Below, one piece after another: positions 1-12,180 of a stretch of 64,000 bases of DNA. The translations under genes were made by a program, and so were the position numbers. Position 1 is the first letter of the stretch, and each line of letters starts with the position of its first letter. Origin of the DNA: Mobula hypostoma (taxonomy: Eukaryota); the NCBI RefSeq assembly GCF_963921235.1, contig NC_086097.1, positions 23,562,001-23,626,000 of the forward strand, written 5' to 3'. Under the pieces are notes generated by a model. It worked only from the letters and a program-made list of their open reading frames with translations, did no database searches and was not told the DNA's origin.

Positions 1-64
1 TATGTGTGATTTTCCTCTGACCTGGTGTTTCCGTCCAAAAAACTGCCATTTACTAGATTTTTTT

Positions 65-621
65 TTGTTTATAAGACCTTGATCAGACCCCACTTGGAGT
101 ATTGTGCTCAGTTCTGGTCACCTCACTACAGGAAGGATGTGGATACTGTAGAGAGAGTGCAGAGGAGATTTACAAGGATGTTACCTGGACTGGAGAGTAG
201 ATTCAGTGTACTTGGCCTTTTCTTCTTTGAGCAACAGAAGGATGAGAGATGACCTGATAGAGGTGTATAAGATGATGAGGGGCATTGATCGTCTGGATAG
301 CCAGAGGCTTTTTCCCAGGGCTGAAATGACTAACACAAGGGGGCATAGTTTTAAGGTGCCTGGAAATAGGTACTGAGGGGATGTCAGGGGTAAGTTCTTC
401 AAACAGAGAGTGGTGGTGCATGGAATGCACAGCCGGTGACGGTGGTGGAAGCGGATACAATAGGATCTTGTAAGAGCCTCTTAGATAGGTACATGGAGCT
501 TCTAAAAATAGAGGGCTATGCATAAGGCAATCATAGGCAGTCTCATGAGTAGGTTACGTGGTCAGCACGACCTTGTGGGCTGAGGGACCTGTAATGTGCT
601 GTAAGTTTCTATGTTCTATGT
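65..621 (+). mobile_element. CR1-clade LINE 3' fragment (ORF2 C-terminus, 3' UTR, TTCTATG tail)
   Basis: Translates to YKTLIRPHLEYCAQFWSPHYRKDVDTVERVQRRFTRMLPGLE (CR1 ORF2 C-terminal motif); ends in ttctatgttctatg. Confidence 0.9.
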
Positions 622-2605
622 CAGGGGTCCCCAACCATTTTTGCGCCGCGGACCATTTTAATATTGACAATATTCTTGTGGACCAGCCGACCGGTGTTGG
701 GGGGGGGACGTGTTTTGTTAATCACAACCGGAATATAGGTGATAAGTCAACTATAAGTCACTTATCAGTGGCTAATACCTTCAAGTTTGTTCTAAAATGG
801 TTTGTCTAACAAATTTAATATTAAACACACAGCGCATATTTTCCTCGCATGAATATAGTGATATGTCAAATATAAGTCACAAGGGAATTCCTTATGTCCA
901 GTCTATCCTACAATTTAGTTTTCGTTGCATTTATTGCAGAAAACTCCAGTTCGCAGAGGTACGATGTTGGAAATGGAAGCAATGTTTTCAGTGCTTTTGT
1001 GGCTATCTCATGATATTCAGCCTTGGTTTTGATCCAGAATGCCAGCAGAGATGTTATGTCAAACATACTTTTCAGCTCACTGTCATTTGCAAGCTTGAGG
1101 AGTTGATCTTCTTCCCGCGCTGACATGGATGATTCAGCGGGGACATTCACAAATAGGTCACGGACCCATTCCTTTGCACGTCTTGGGTCATGTGCGGTTG
1201 GGAAGTAACGCTCCAATTCTGTTGACAGCGAAGATAGGTGATCGCGCACCAGCTGTGAGCCTCAGTCTTTCCCAAATTCCCAGCTAATGTTGGGAACATG
1301 TCAAATATGCCCCTGTCCACTTGCCGTCCCCACAGTTCCAGTTTGGCTGTGAAAGCAGGCACTTCATCTGCCAACTTGAAGACGGTTGTCATTCTCCCCT
1401 GAAGTGACAAATTGAGTTCATTGAGCAGGTTGAAGATGTCACACAGATAAGCGAGTTTTGCTATCCACTCCTCGTCACTGAAGTGTGCTGCCAGTGGTGA
1501 CTTTTTTCCTGAAAGAAATCTCTGTAGCTGCTCTCTTAACTCAAAAACCCTGGCCAGGGCTCTCCCCTTTGACAGCCACCTGACTTCAGTGTGTAAAAGA
1601 AGGCGTTTGTGCTCTGCATCCATTTCCTCGCACAGCTGCTCAAACAGACGTGAGTTCAGGGCTTTTGCTTTGATGTGATTGATAACTTCAACAACGTCAC
1701 TCAATACGCTGTCAAGATCAGATGACATTTTTCGGCTAGCCAGCATTTCCCTGTGTGTGACACAGTGTGTAGACTGGCATTCAGGAGCAACCTCTTTGAC
1801 TCGGGGAGTGAAACCAAACTCGTCAAGCCGTTCCAACAGCTGTGCTTCGATGTCCTCCGCTATGTCATCAATTCTCCTTCAGACTGTGGTAGCTGAAAGA
1901 GAAACCTGTGCCATCTTGTTAGCTGCAACTTCTCCCAACAGTTCACAGCACATGTCCTTGGCAGTAGGCAGAATCAATTCTTCACCAACAGTGAAAGGCT
2001 TCTTAGCCTTAGCAATACGGCTAGCCACTAAGTACGACGCTCTCAGAGCAGCAGCATTTGTGGAGGCGGTGGCTCTCAACACTTGCTTCTGTCCCGCTTG
2101 CTCACGCTTTTTCCGCTCAAAAAACTCAACGGGTTTGTCTTTAAGTTCAGGGTGCTTGGACTCAAGGTACCGAAGCAGTTTTGAGGGCTTCATTGCCTCA
2201 TTAGACAGCTTGTCTCCACATATCACACACAGGGGGCTTGGAGCGTGCAAGTCACCGGTCGCAATGAAGCCATATTTTACGTATGACTCGTCGTATTTTC
2301 TGTTGAAGGAAGCTTTCTTTTTTTTTGCAGTCTCGGCCTCAGCTGTCTCTGTGTTATCATCATCGTTAGGCCTTTTATGTCCCCTACCATCTCTTCCAAA
2401 GAAACTGTCAAGTGACGTTTGTTTTTCACTCATCGAGTAGTTGTAGGTTAATGACTGACTAATGTCCTCGCATGGGTAATGACCTTGCGTGTGTTCAAGT
2501 TCAACAGTGAACATGACAGGGAATGAGGAAAGGTGCAGTTGACTCATATCGTTTCCTCGCGGCCCGCTAGCACATGCTTTGCGGCCCGGTGGTTGGGCAC
2601 CACTG
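622..2605 (-). mobile_element. hAT (Charlie/Buster-type) DNA transposon, internally deleted
   Basis: TIRs caggggtccccaacc (622) and ggttgggcaccactg (2591-2605); contains decayed transposase; NTCTAGNN-like target on the right. Confidence 0.92.
880..2433 (-). pseudogene. hAT-Charlie transposase pseudogene (ZBED5/SCAND3-like family)
   Basis: ATG at 2433; BED-finger region PLCVICGDKLSNEAMKPSKLLRYLESKH; HCVTHRE, EVRWLSKG and LPFPTSYLCE motifs; TGA at 1879-1881, frameshift near 1245, TAG at 908; central DESTD-to-TDGAA segment missing near 1820. Confidence 0.9.
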
Positions 2606-3198
2606 GTCTAGGATACAAGAGCAGGGGTGTGATGCTGAGGCTTTATAAGGTGCTAGTGAGGCCTCATGTTGAGTATTGTGAACAATTTTGTGCTCCTCAT
2701 CTGAGAGGAAAAGGTATGCTGGCATTGGAAAGGTTCAGAGAAGGTTCACAAGGATGATTCCAGGAATGAAAGGGTTATCATATGAGGAGCATTTGATAGC
2801 TCTGGGTCAGTACTCGCTGGAATTTAGAAGGATGAGGGGGGATCTAACTGAGACCTTTCAAATGCTGAAAGGCCCAGACAGAGTAGATGTGGAGATGATG
2901 TTTCCCATGGTGGGAGAGTCTTGGACAAGAAGGCACAGCCTAAGGATAGAAGGGCATCCATTCAAAACAGAGGTGCGGAGAAATTTCTTTCAGCAGAGGG
3001 TGGCGACTTTGTTTACCATAGGTAGCTATGGAGGCCAGGTCATTGGGTGTATTTAAGGCAGAGCTTGATAGATTCTTGTTTGGACACAGCATCAAAGGTT
3101 ATGGGGAGTAGGGCTGAGGAGAGGGAAAGAAGGATCAGCCATGATTGAATGATTGATGGGCCAAATGGCCGAATTATGCTCCAAAGTCTTATGGTCTT
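2606..3198 (+). mobile_element. CR1 LINE 3' fragment (second family, cttatggt tail)
   Basis: YKSRGVMLRLYKVLVRPHVEYC and VQRRFTRMIPGMKGLSYEE motifs; tail cttatggtctt. Confidence 0.9.
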
Positions 3199-3237
3199 AA
3201 TGAGCTGGTCTGCCGAATAAAATGCTCACTGAATGTA

Positions 3238-3980
3238 GGTTGTGAAATTTGTTGTTTTGTGCCAGTAGGACAGCGCAATTCATAAAACATTACAAAAAGT
3301 TACCACAAGGAATATATTAAAGAGGAAGTACAAAAAGGTAGTAAAATTATGAGGTTGTGTTTACAGTTCAGAGACTGTTCACAAATCTGATGGCTTAGGG
3401 GAAGAAGCAGATGCAAAGTGTTGAGTGTGGATACTTGAGGTCACGTACCTCCGACCCGACTGTAATCATGAGAAGGAGGCATGCCCTTGGTGATGAGACT
3501 CTTTAATGATGGGCTCTGCCAGCTTGAGACTCTGGCATTTTGAATATATCTTCAATGGTGTGCCCAGGATAGAGGTGGCTGAGTCTGCAATCTTCTGCAG
3601 TACTTGTGGATGGAGCCTCCTTACCAGGTGGTGATGTAACCAGTCAGAATGCTCTCCATGGTACTCTGTATCAGTTGGAATTTGGAAAAGTTAATATGAC
3701 ACACCAAAACTCCTCAAAATCTAAGTGAGGTATAGCTGCTGGCATGCGTTCTTCAAAGTTCAAAATAAATTTATTATCAAAGTACATATTGTCATTATAT
3801 ATTACGCTGAGATTCATTTTCTTGTGGGAATTCTCAATAGAACAAAGAATTACAATAGAATAATTGAAAAACTACTCACAAAGACTGACATTCTTGGTAA
3901 TCCCATCAATATGTTTGGCCTAGGAAAGATCCTCTGAGATACTGATGCCCAGGAACTTACAGCTGTTCACCTTTTCTACT
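3238..3980 (-). mobile_element. Rex1/Babar-like LINE 3' fragment, with a nested short element near 3754-3890
   Basis: Resembles the other Rex-type fragments (14495, 20385, 34955); minus strand carries the HP.H..FS.L.SGRRY-type C-terminal motif. Confidence 0.6.
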
Positions 3981-4519
3981 AGGTTACAGGAGATATGTTC
4001 ATACTAATGCACATTACTTGATCCCTAGTTTTTTTTAAATAGTTCATTGATTACATTTCTTTTTGTCCAGCTACATTTTTTTAACTATCAGTGAAATTGG
4101 ATAAGACACAGTCATTGATTGTCCTTGTTATTAATAAAGATTGTGAACGTGAGGCTCAAGCATTGTTCTTTGGAGCACTGATTGCATGCGTAGCAGTCAC
4201 ATATTTTCTGTCTTCTGCCTATTAGGGCAGTAGTCAATACTGATGTATATGTGCCAATTCCATGAGCTCCAATCTTATATAAAAATCTTTGTGACAACTT
4301 ACCAAATGCCTTCTGAAATTCCAACTGCCTCTCTAATGTTCTCCTTCATCTGAATAGATTGTTCCACATTGAAAGTATTGATGGAGGGAAAATGGATCAT
4401 TTGTGTCCAATGACTTTTATTTAATATTGCATTTTCATTGTACTGTGTATTCTCAATATTGCATGAATAGAGCAAATAATTGACAGGGATTCATCAGTTT
4501 AATAGTAACAGTGCTTATA

Positions 4520-5063
4520 TGCTCAGTGGTCACTTTATTTGGTTCTAATTTGTGCCTAATAAATTGGTAACTGAGTGTATGATTGTGGTCTTCTGCTTCT
4601 GTAGCACATCCATTTCAGTCTTTGATGTGTTCTACGTTCAGAGATGTTCTTCTGCACACCACTGTTGAAGCATGTGGTTACTTGGGTGCTGTTGCTTTCC
4701 TGTCAGCTCAAACCAGTCTGGACATTCTCTGACCTTTCTCATTAGCAAGGCATTTTCACACACAGATCTGATGCTCACTTGGTTTTTTTTTGCTTTTCAC
4801 ATCGTTCTCTAAAGTCTCGAGACAGTTGTGCGTGACAACCCCAGGAGATCAACACCCCACCTGGCACCAATAATTATTCCATGGTCAAAGTCACTTAGAT
4901 CATATTTCTTCACCATTCTGCTGTTTGGTCTGAACAACAACTGAACCTCTTTATCACGTCTGCATGTTTTTATGAACTCAGTTGATGCCACATGATTGGC
5001 TGATTAGATATTTACATTAATAGGCAGATGTACAAGTGTACCTAATAAAGTGGCTACTGAGTG
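4520..5063 (-). mobile_element. Tc1-derived non-autonomous DNA transposon
   Basis: TIR ctcagtggtcactttat / ataaagtggctactgagtg with TA flanks; minus strand gives Tc1 transposase N-terminus KYDLSDFDHGIIIGAR; extra internal TIR copy at about 4553-4579. Confidence 0.85.
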
Positions 5064-5467
5064 TATATTTGTGAAAGACATTTTATGGGATTTAATAAAA
5101 ATTCAACTGGAACTTTGTGGGTTAATTAAGGATGGCATGCGGGCTTAAGAAACTCAATACATACAGCATCTGACAATTTTAATAGAGTTCCTTGAGGCAA
5201 ATTGAAGTGTATTGATAAGGGATATGCAGTTAATCTTGTATAGATGGATTTTCAAAAGGTATGTGATAATATGCCATAAAGCAGGCAATTGGTAAAATAA
5301 AGGCACACAGCATGAAGAGGGACATTGCGCTGTGGATATAAAAGTGAGTTTAAGAACAAGAATCAATTGATACTGGTTAATGGCTTATTTTCATTTGAAA
5401 AGCAATGTAAAAAATTAGTATCTTCTCACAAGCCATCATTGAAATTATTGCTCGTCTAAACGAATGC

Positions 5468-5660
5468 CTACTCCAGAGATTTGAGAATATAATCTCATCT
5501 GACAGTTCAGTACATCACAAAGCATTGCTTGTTTAGAGTGGAACATTAAACGGAGGTGCAATTGTCGTTATAGATTACAGTGCAAGAACCCATGGTGTGG
5601 GTTGGAGACAAATTCTCCCCAGTGCCCTGGGCAACATTTTTCTCCCAAATTAAAAAAAAA
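5468..5660 (+). mobile_element. Old Deu-domain SINE relic (SacSINE1/AmnSINE-like)
   Basis: Collinear decayed matches to the Deu domain: actccagagatttgag...ataatc, cattaaacggagg, cccatgg, ttctccccagtgccctgggcaacattt. Confidence 0.55.
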
Positions 5661-5699
5661 GACTGAAGCTAGATATAAAAGAGGACCTATCTTTCCATT

Positions 5700-6020
5700 G
5701 TCCACTGCCCTCTCCTGTCATCTTCCTAAGTCCTCTACCTCTTCCACCTATCCAGTCCCAATTTGTTACTTCATGCCCTCCCTCCCCCACCCACCCACCC
5801 ATCTTCCCCCTCACTTGGTTTTACCTATCGCCTTCCCCTCCCCCACTTCCATATTCTGGCTTCCTCGCCCTTCCTTTTCAGTCCTGATGAAGCGTTTCAG
5901 TCCAAAATGTTGACTGTTTATTCCCTTCAATAGAGGTTGCCTGACCAGCTGAGATTTGTGTCCTCGAAATTCCTCCAAAATTTGTGTCTGTTGCTTGATA
6001 TTTCCAGTATCTGCAGAATG
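5700..6020 (+). mobile_element. Penelope-like terminal repeat (pLTR) fragment with degenerate hammerhead at 5880-5915
   Basis: Pyrimidine-rich tract, agtcctgatgaagcg...aaaatgttgact and the ccagtatctgcagaa end match the 3' end of the Penelope element at 32737-34672. Confidence 0.75.
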
Positions 6021-6133
6021 TATTTCATAATTTGGACCAGGATGGATTGTAATTATTTCACTCGGAAGTAATTGTCCCATGTTTCAACATACAGTAAAAT
6101 CGATGGTGTGCTATCCAGACATGTCAGGCCATA

Positions 6134-6677
6134 CATTCAGTGGCCACTTTATTAGATACACCTGTACACCTGCTCGCTAATACAAGTATCGAATCAACCA
6201 CTCATGTGGTAGCAACTCAATGCACAAAAGCATGCTGACCTGGTCAAGAGATTCAGACCAAACAACAGAATGCGAAAGTAATGTGATCTATGTGGCTTGG
6301 AACGTGGAATGATTGTTGGTACCAGTCAGGGTGGTTTGAATATCTCAGAAACTGCTGATCTCATGGGATTTTTGCACACAGAAGTCAGTGGAGTTTACAA
6401 AGAACGTTGTGAAAAACTAAAAAAAAATCCTGTGAGCAGCAGTTCTGTGGACGAGAATGCCTTGTTGATGAGAAGAGGTCAGAGTCGTTCAAGCTGACAG
6501 GAAGGTGACAGTAACTCAAATAACACGCCTTACAACAGTGATGTGCAAAAGAGCATCTCTGGTTGCACAACAGGTCAACCTTGAAGAGGATGGGCTACAG
6601 CAGTGAAGACCACAACCGTACACAGAGGGGCCTCTTTATCAGGCACAGGAGTTACCTAATAGAGTGGCCACTGATGG
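6134..6677 (+). mobile_element. Tc1-derived non-autonomous DNA transposon (same family as 4520-5063)
   Basis: TA-cattcagtggccactttattag ... ctaatagagtggccactgatgg-TA; ERGMIVGTSQGGLNISETADLMGF is a Tc1 HTH fragment. Confidence 0.88.
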
Positions 6678-7009
6678 TATATTAAAGAAGGTGTTTGATG
6701 GACTTCTGAATGCAAACGTTTCAATGGGTATCAGCTGGGAGTAGAAATATGGTGCAGAGAGAAACCAGCAGGTTGGGCAGCATCTGTGGGTGGAAAGGAA
6801 TCGTTGATATTTCCGTTTGGATCTCTTTTTCAGGAAATAAGTTTTGAGATTGAGAACATGTGGTTTGGAAAGCTGCAGTGTATCTAGGACATATGAATGG
6901 GAAATGCTGGAAATGCAAAGCAGGTCAGACACTGTCTTTGAAGAGAGAAGTAGCAGTTATACTTTCATCAGAACCTTCCAGAGTGTGTGGTATTATGCAT
7001 CTGGTCAGA

Positions 7010-7335
7010 AATGCAAGTTTAAATATGAGTTACTTGTCACACGTACATCAAAGCATACAGTGTAATGTGTTGTTAGTGTTGATGTCCAACACAGTGCGAG
7101 GATGTGCTGGGGCAGCTTGCACGTGTTGCCACACTTCAGTGCCAACATAGCACACCCACAACTCACTCACCCTAACCTGTATGTCATTGGAATGCAGGAG
7201 GAAACTGGAGCACCGGGATGAAATCCACATGGTCAAGGAGAGAACGTATAAACTCATTGCACAGAGTGGTGGGGATAGAACCTGGTCTTCGAGTTGGCAC
7301 TGTAAAATGTTATGTTAACTGGTACGTTATTGCGT
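7010..7335 (-). mobile_element. tRNA-derived V-domain SINE
   Basis: Reverse of V-domain core (ggaggaaactggagcaccggga...ggagagaacgtataaactc); homologous to 11006 and 46204. Confidence 0.8.
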
Positions 7336-7487
7336 GATTCCTTCTTTAAGCAACATCTCTGAGCCTTCAGCATCAGGGTTAAAAGCTATGCTGATCACTT
7401 CAGGTGTGGCATGATTCTTGATATTACTAGGGCAGATCTGATGCAAGGAAAGTGGCATTCCTGAATGCAAAAACCATTTTATTGTCA

Positions 7488-8130
7488 GACATAAGAGCAC
7501 CATTAAGCCATTCGGCCCATCAAATCTGTTCTACCATTCCATCATAGCTGATTTATTATCCCTCAACCCCATTCTCCTGCCTTCTCCCCATAACCTTTGA
7601 TGCCCTTACTAATCAAGAACCTATGAACCTCTGCCTTAAACATGCCAATGACTTGGTCTGTGGCAATGAATTTCACAGGTTCACCACCCTCTGGCGAAAG
7701 AAGTTCCCTATCATCTCTGCTCGAAAGGGATATCCTTCTATTCTGAGGCTGTGCCCTCTAGACCTCGACTGTCTTACTATAGGAAACATTCTTTCCACAT
7801 CCGATATATCTAGAGTATTATTTTGGTTTCAATGTGATCCCCCTTCATTCTTCTTCACTCCAGCAGCAGTCAAACACTCCTCATACACTAACCCTTTCGT
7901 CGCTGGATATTCTCGTGAACCTCCTTGGGACTCTCTTCAATGTCAGCACACTTTTTCTTAATTAAGGGGTCCAAAACTACTCACTATACTCCAAGTGCTG
8001 TCTGACCAATGCGTTATACATTGCATCCTTGCATCCTCTCAAAATGGATGCTAACACTGCATTTGCATTCCTTCCCACCAACTCAACCTGCAGGTTAACC
8101 TTTTGGGAATTCTATACAATGATTCCCAGA
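7488..8130 (-). mobile_element. CR1 LINE 3' fragment
   Basis: Reverse-complement homolog of 2606-3198. Confidence 0.85.
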
Positions 8131-8844
8131 AACCCTGTCCAAAATGAGCAGGTTTTTATGATATCCAGAAATATGAAAAAAGGAACAATTGATTTCCAAG
8201 TTTGTAATGTTGTTTCCACATCATTGTGCGGGCAGAGATTATTGGCCTGAATATTCATTGATTCCCTAGTTCAGCACTAGATGGTGCTGTTACATCAGTT
8301 CATGCAAACCATCTCAATGATTTTGAAAAAAACCTCTGAAAGACGTATGGAGGAACAGATTAATCTCCAGCTTCTCCAACAGTGTAAATCTCCCCCTCTG
8401 TCCAAATCAATCTTGGAGATGGAGGGGTTTAGAAAGCCAATATTGCCAGTGCAAACTGTGGAAAATATAAAGCAATGTCCCGCTGATTAAGGCTTACAAA
8501 GCACAACTTTACTCATTGAAAATGAATGATGCTTTTACCGTGAAGGATGAGGCCCTCTGCTTACTCTCTGTTTTTCTTAAGGGCTGCTTCCTTTGAAGCA
8601 GTAGCTTGACTTTTACAAACATAGGAAAGGAAATCTGTGAAAATATTTTTCTGCATGCATCTGCACCCTGCCTACTTCATCATCGGTCTTTTTGTTGCCT
8701 CAAATACCAATTATTTCCAAGAACTTTTATTCCATCTGCTTAATGAATTCATTACTCTTATCCTTCTGACCTAATTTTTGCTGTTTCAGCAAATTTTTGC
8801 TGTTGATTAGACAGTACTGTAGAAAAAATGATATTCTGGCATTT

Positions 8845-9150
8845 AATATTTAAGATGATATGAGGCATAGATGGAGTGGACATCAGAGATTTTTGAATGG
8901 GGAGGGATGGCTAATACAAGGAGGTACGATTGGAAGGAAGTATGGGGAGGGATGTCAGAAGTAAGTTCCTTACATAGAGAGTGGTGGGTACATGGAACAC
9001 TGCCAGCAGTGGTGGTAAAGGCAGATACTTTTGGGGCATTGAAGAAAATCTTAGGCACATAGATAACAGCAAAATGGAGACTATGCAGGAGGGAAGGGTT
9101 AGATTGATCTTGAAGTAGGATCTGGCCTGTACTATGCAATGATATTCCAT
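8845..9150 (+). mobile_element. CR1 LINE 3' fragment
   Basis: agagtggtgggtacatggaacacactgccagcagtggtggtaaaggcagatac matches the 3' end of the copy at 65-621. Confidence 0.75.
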
Positions 9151-9804
9151 ATTAATTCAATAACACATCAGAAGGTATTATTAACAAGAGTTCAGGGGTG
9201 GGAAGATTGTTTCTCTCTGGTAGCTTGGCCACTTTCACTGTTGGTTTAACATTTGTTTGAAGTTCTTTCTGAATCAGAGTAAGTCTCCAGGATCTCTGTG
9301 GACCTGTTCAGTGATCTGACCACACTAGTGCTGATGACGCAAAACCAACCATGTTGCTTTCACACTATCTAAGGTATATCTCCAATCTGATGAGGAAAGT
9401 ATAGACTGACTAATGTGGCCTCAAAATGCCCAACATGCTTCCTGGCTCCGTTGAAGTATTTTTGTAGTGTATCCAATATTGTCAAGTGTTAGATGCAACA
9501 GTGGATTCATGCATAGTAAGCTCCTCTAAGGTAAGTGTGCAGGTCATGACTTTTATGGAAGATGGTTGACCAGGATATCAAGGGGAGCTCTTCCTTCTGC
9601 CGAACTTAGTTTCAAGGACTCTACAACTCATGTTCTCAGTATTATTCATCTATCTATTTCCGTTAAATTTTTTTGCACAATTTGCCTTCTTTTGCATATT
9701 ATTTGTCAGTCTCTTCATGTATAATTTTCATAAATTCTGTTGTACTTTATTTTCCCGTAAACGCCTGCAAAGAAATAAATCTCAAGGTAGTGTAGGGTGG
9801 CATA

Positions 9805-10320
9805 AACACAAGTGATTCTGCAGGTTCTGAAAATCCAGAGTAACGCACAAAAAATGCTGGAAAACTCAGCAAGTCGGTAATGTGGCGACTAGTGTGACGC
9901 TACTACAGCCCGGGGTGTCGGAGCTCGGAGATCAATTCTGGTGCCGTCTGTATGTTCTCCTCGTGACAGCATGGGTTTCCCCCGAATGCTCTGGTTTCCT
10001 CCCACAGTCCATAAAGGTACCAGTTGTAAGTTGTAAATTAGTTGTAAGTTGTTAGTCATTGTAAATTGTCCTGGGATTCGGCCAGGGCTACTTGGGCCGG
10101 GGGGGGGGGGGTTGCTTGACAGTGCGGCTCGTTGAGCCAAAAGGGCCTGTTCTGTGCTGTATCTCTAAATTTAAAAATAAAATAAAGCCAGACGACATCA
10201 ATGAAAATAAAAAAGAGTTAACGTTTCAGTCTCGATGAAGGGTCTTGGCCTGAAATGCCAATTCATTATTCCTTTCCTGACAGCAGTTGCTGAGTTCCTC
10301 CCGCATCTTGTGTGCTTTAC
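9805..10320. mobile_element. Inverted Penelope pLTR pair interrupted by a SINE
   Basis: Minus-oriented pLTR end (aatgctggaaaactcagca) then plus-oriented hammerhead-like agtctcgatgaagggtcttggcctgaaa at 10228; SINE in between. Confidence 0.65.
9876..10186 (+). mobile_element. tRNA-derived V-domain SINE
   Basis: tgttctcctcgtgacagcatgggtttcccccgaatgctctggtttcctcccacagtcc core; A-rich tail. Confidence 0.8.
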
Positions 10321-11005
10321 TCTGGTGACATACTATATATGTATTTTGATAGCAAATAAAAAAAATACTACTTTAAAATCCTGTACTGTACATGCAGTTA
10401 AATCAGAGGAGTGCTGCACGGTGCAGCTCAAATGGCCTATTCTGAGATGTATGTCAACAAAAAAAAAATAATAGTTCAGACTGGTTAGCAGTTTCTGGCC
10501 CTATCCATTGAAATGGTAAAGGGAACCCTACAACCCAAAGGGTACATCAACATCATCATGACTGAGAAATTACCTTCCCTCCTCATTTCCGTGCCTAAAC
10601 CCCATGATATGAGCCAGTGGTGGAGGACCATCACTGAAAGGACAAATGCAGCTCAGAAAATGTTTCTGCAATGCTCCCTCATGGGCAATTGCCAAAAGCG
10701 AAATGTATCCTGGCTCTGCCAATATGCTGTTAAGAAAAAACTGACAGTCTCACCTTAAAGACAATGTAACATTCCCTCATACTCGATTTTATTCTCAAGA
10801 GTCAAGAATGGAAATTAAAATTATAATTCTGAAGACAAAATAGCTACTAGGCTTGGCAGACTCCAAGTTTATTTCTATTTGTGTAAGGAGAGGTTAATTA
10901 AATTTATGCAGAGTTCTGTTGTCTGTAACGGTGTAAAGGAATAGGTGTTAACAGTGTGCTTGTGGTTCCTGATCATGTTGTAATACACACATACTCATTC
11001 AAAAA

Positions 11006-11335
11006 TTAGATTAGATTAGTTTTACTTGATACGTGTACATTGAAACATGAACACATTGAAATGCCTCATTTTGTATCAGCAACCAGCACAGTCCGGGGAT
11101 GTGCTGGGGACAGCCCACGAGTGTCACCCCGTTTCTGGCACCAACATAGAACGCTGATAACTTACTAGCCTTAACCTATACGTCTTTGGAATGTGGGAGG
11201 AAACCAGAGCACCCGGAGGAAACCCACACAATCTTGGGGAGTGTGTACAAACTCTTTATGGATAGCGATGAGAATTGAATCATGACTGCCGGAACTATAA
11301 AGCGTTATGCTAACTGCTACGCTATTGTACCACCC
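11006..11335 (-). mobile_element. tRNA-derived V-domain SINE
   Basis: ctttggaatgtgggaggaaaccagagcacccggaggaaacccac (reverse V domain); (ttaga)n tail. Confidence 0.82.
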
Positions 11336-11927
11336 TTAAGTAGTACATTAAGAATTAGCTCACAAGCATAATTTCTCCACCCAACAAGCCCAGTCTTCTT
11401 ATGCAGGCAACAGCATTCTGAAACCTCACTCCTCATGCGACTTGGCTATTCATGCCTGAACTTACCACAGAGTACTGCAATGCTATTCCGTGCTAAAGCT
11501 ACGTAGCATATTAATTGTACCCTGTCAGAGCACTACATCCCATTCTGGACCCCATAACATAGGAAGTCCATAAATTTTTAGTGAAGGTAAACATGAGATA
11601 TATTAGAATGTTTCCAGGGATAAAAGGATTGGGATAAACAGACTGCAGAATCCAGTGGGGTTTTGGACGTGAAACATTAAACCTTTTCACAGAAGCAGCC
11701 TGACATTTCCAACATTTTCTGTTTTTTAATTGGAAAACCTACAGTTGTTTTCTTTGGTGTAGGTGGGGCTAAAAGATTAGATGTTTAAAGTTGTGGAAGG
11801 TTTAGACGTGGTAATTAAAAGACTTTCTAACTTTAAAAAGGTCACTAACAGAGGGTATAAATTAATGAGGGATTGGTGAAACAATTAAATGCATTACCCG
11901 ATGAGGTTATATAAACTCTCTCAGTAT

Positions 11928-12180
11928 TATTTATTTAGATTTATTCTGAGATATACCACGGTAACAGACCCTTTCAAACCAACAAACCTGCAGTGCCCAA
12001 TACACCCATGTGACAAATTGACCTACAAACCTGTAGGTCGTTGGAATGTGGGAGGGAACTGGGGCACCCAGAGGAAACCCACGTAGTTATGGGGAGAGCG
12101 TATAAACTCCTTACAAACAGCTGCGGGAATTAAACCCCAGTCGCTGGTGTGTAACAACGTTACGCCAACCGCTGTGCTAC
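11928..12180 (-). mobile_element. tRNA-derived V-domain SINE
   Basis: Reverse V-domain core; tttatttatttag tail. Confidence 0.78.

Noticed and set aside
880..2433. Domesticated ZBED5/SCAND3-like host gene
   Set aside because: It has TIRs, stops, a frameshift and a catalytic-domain deletion, so it is a dead transposon copy.
1679..2440. 253-aa plus-strand ORF
   Set aside because: It is the antisense shadow of the hAT transposase and has no independent coding signal.
8281..8490. 69-aa ORF in unique sequence
   Set aside because: No recognisable homology or convincing splice sites; the length is expected by chance.
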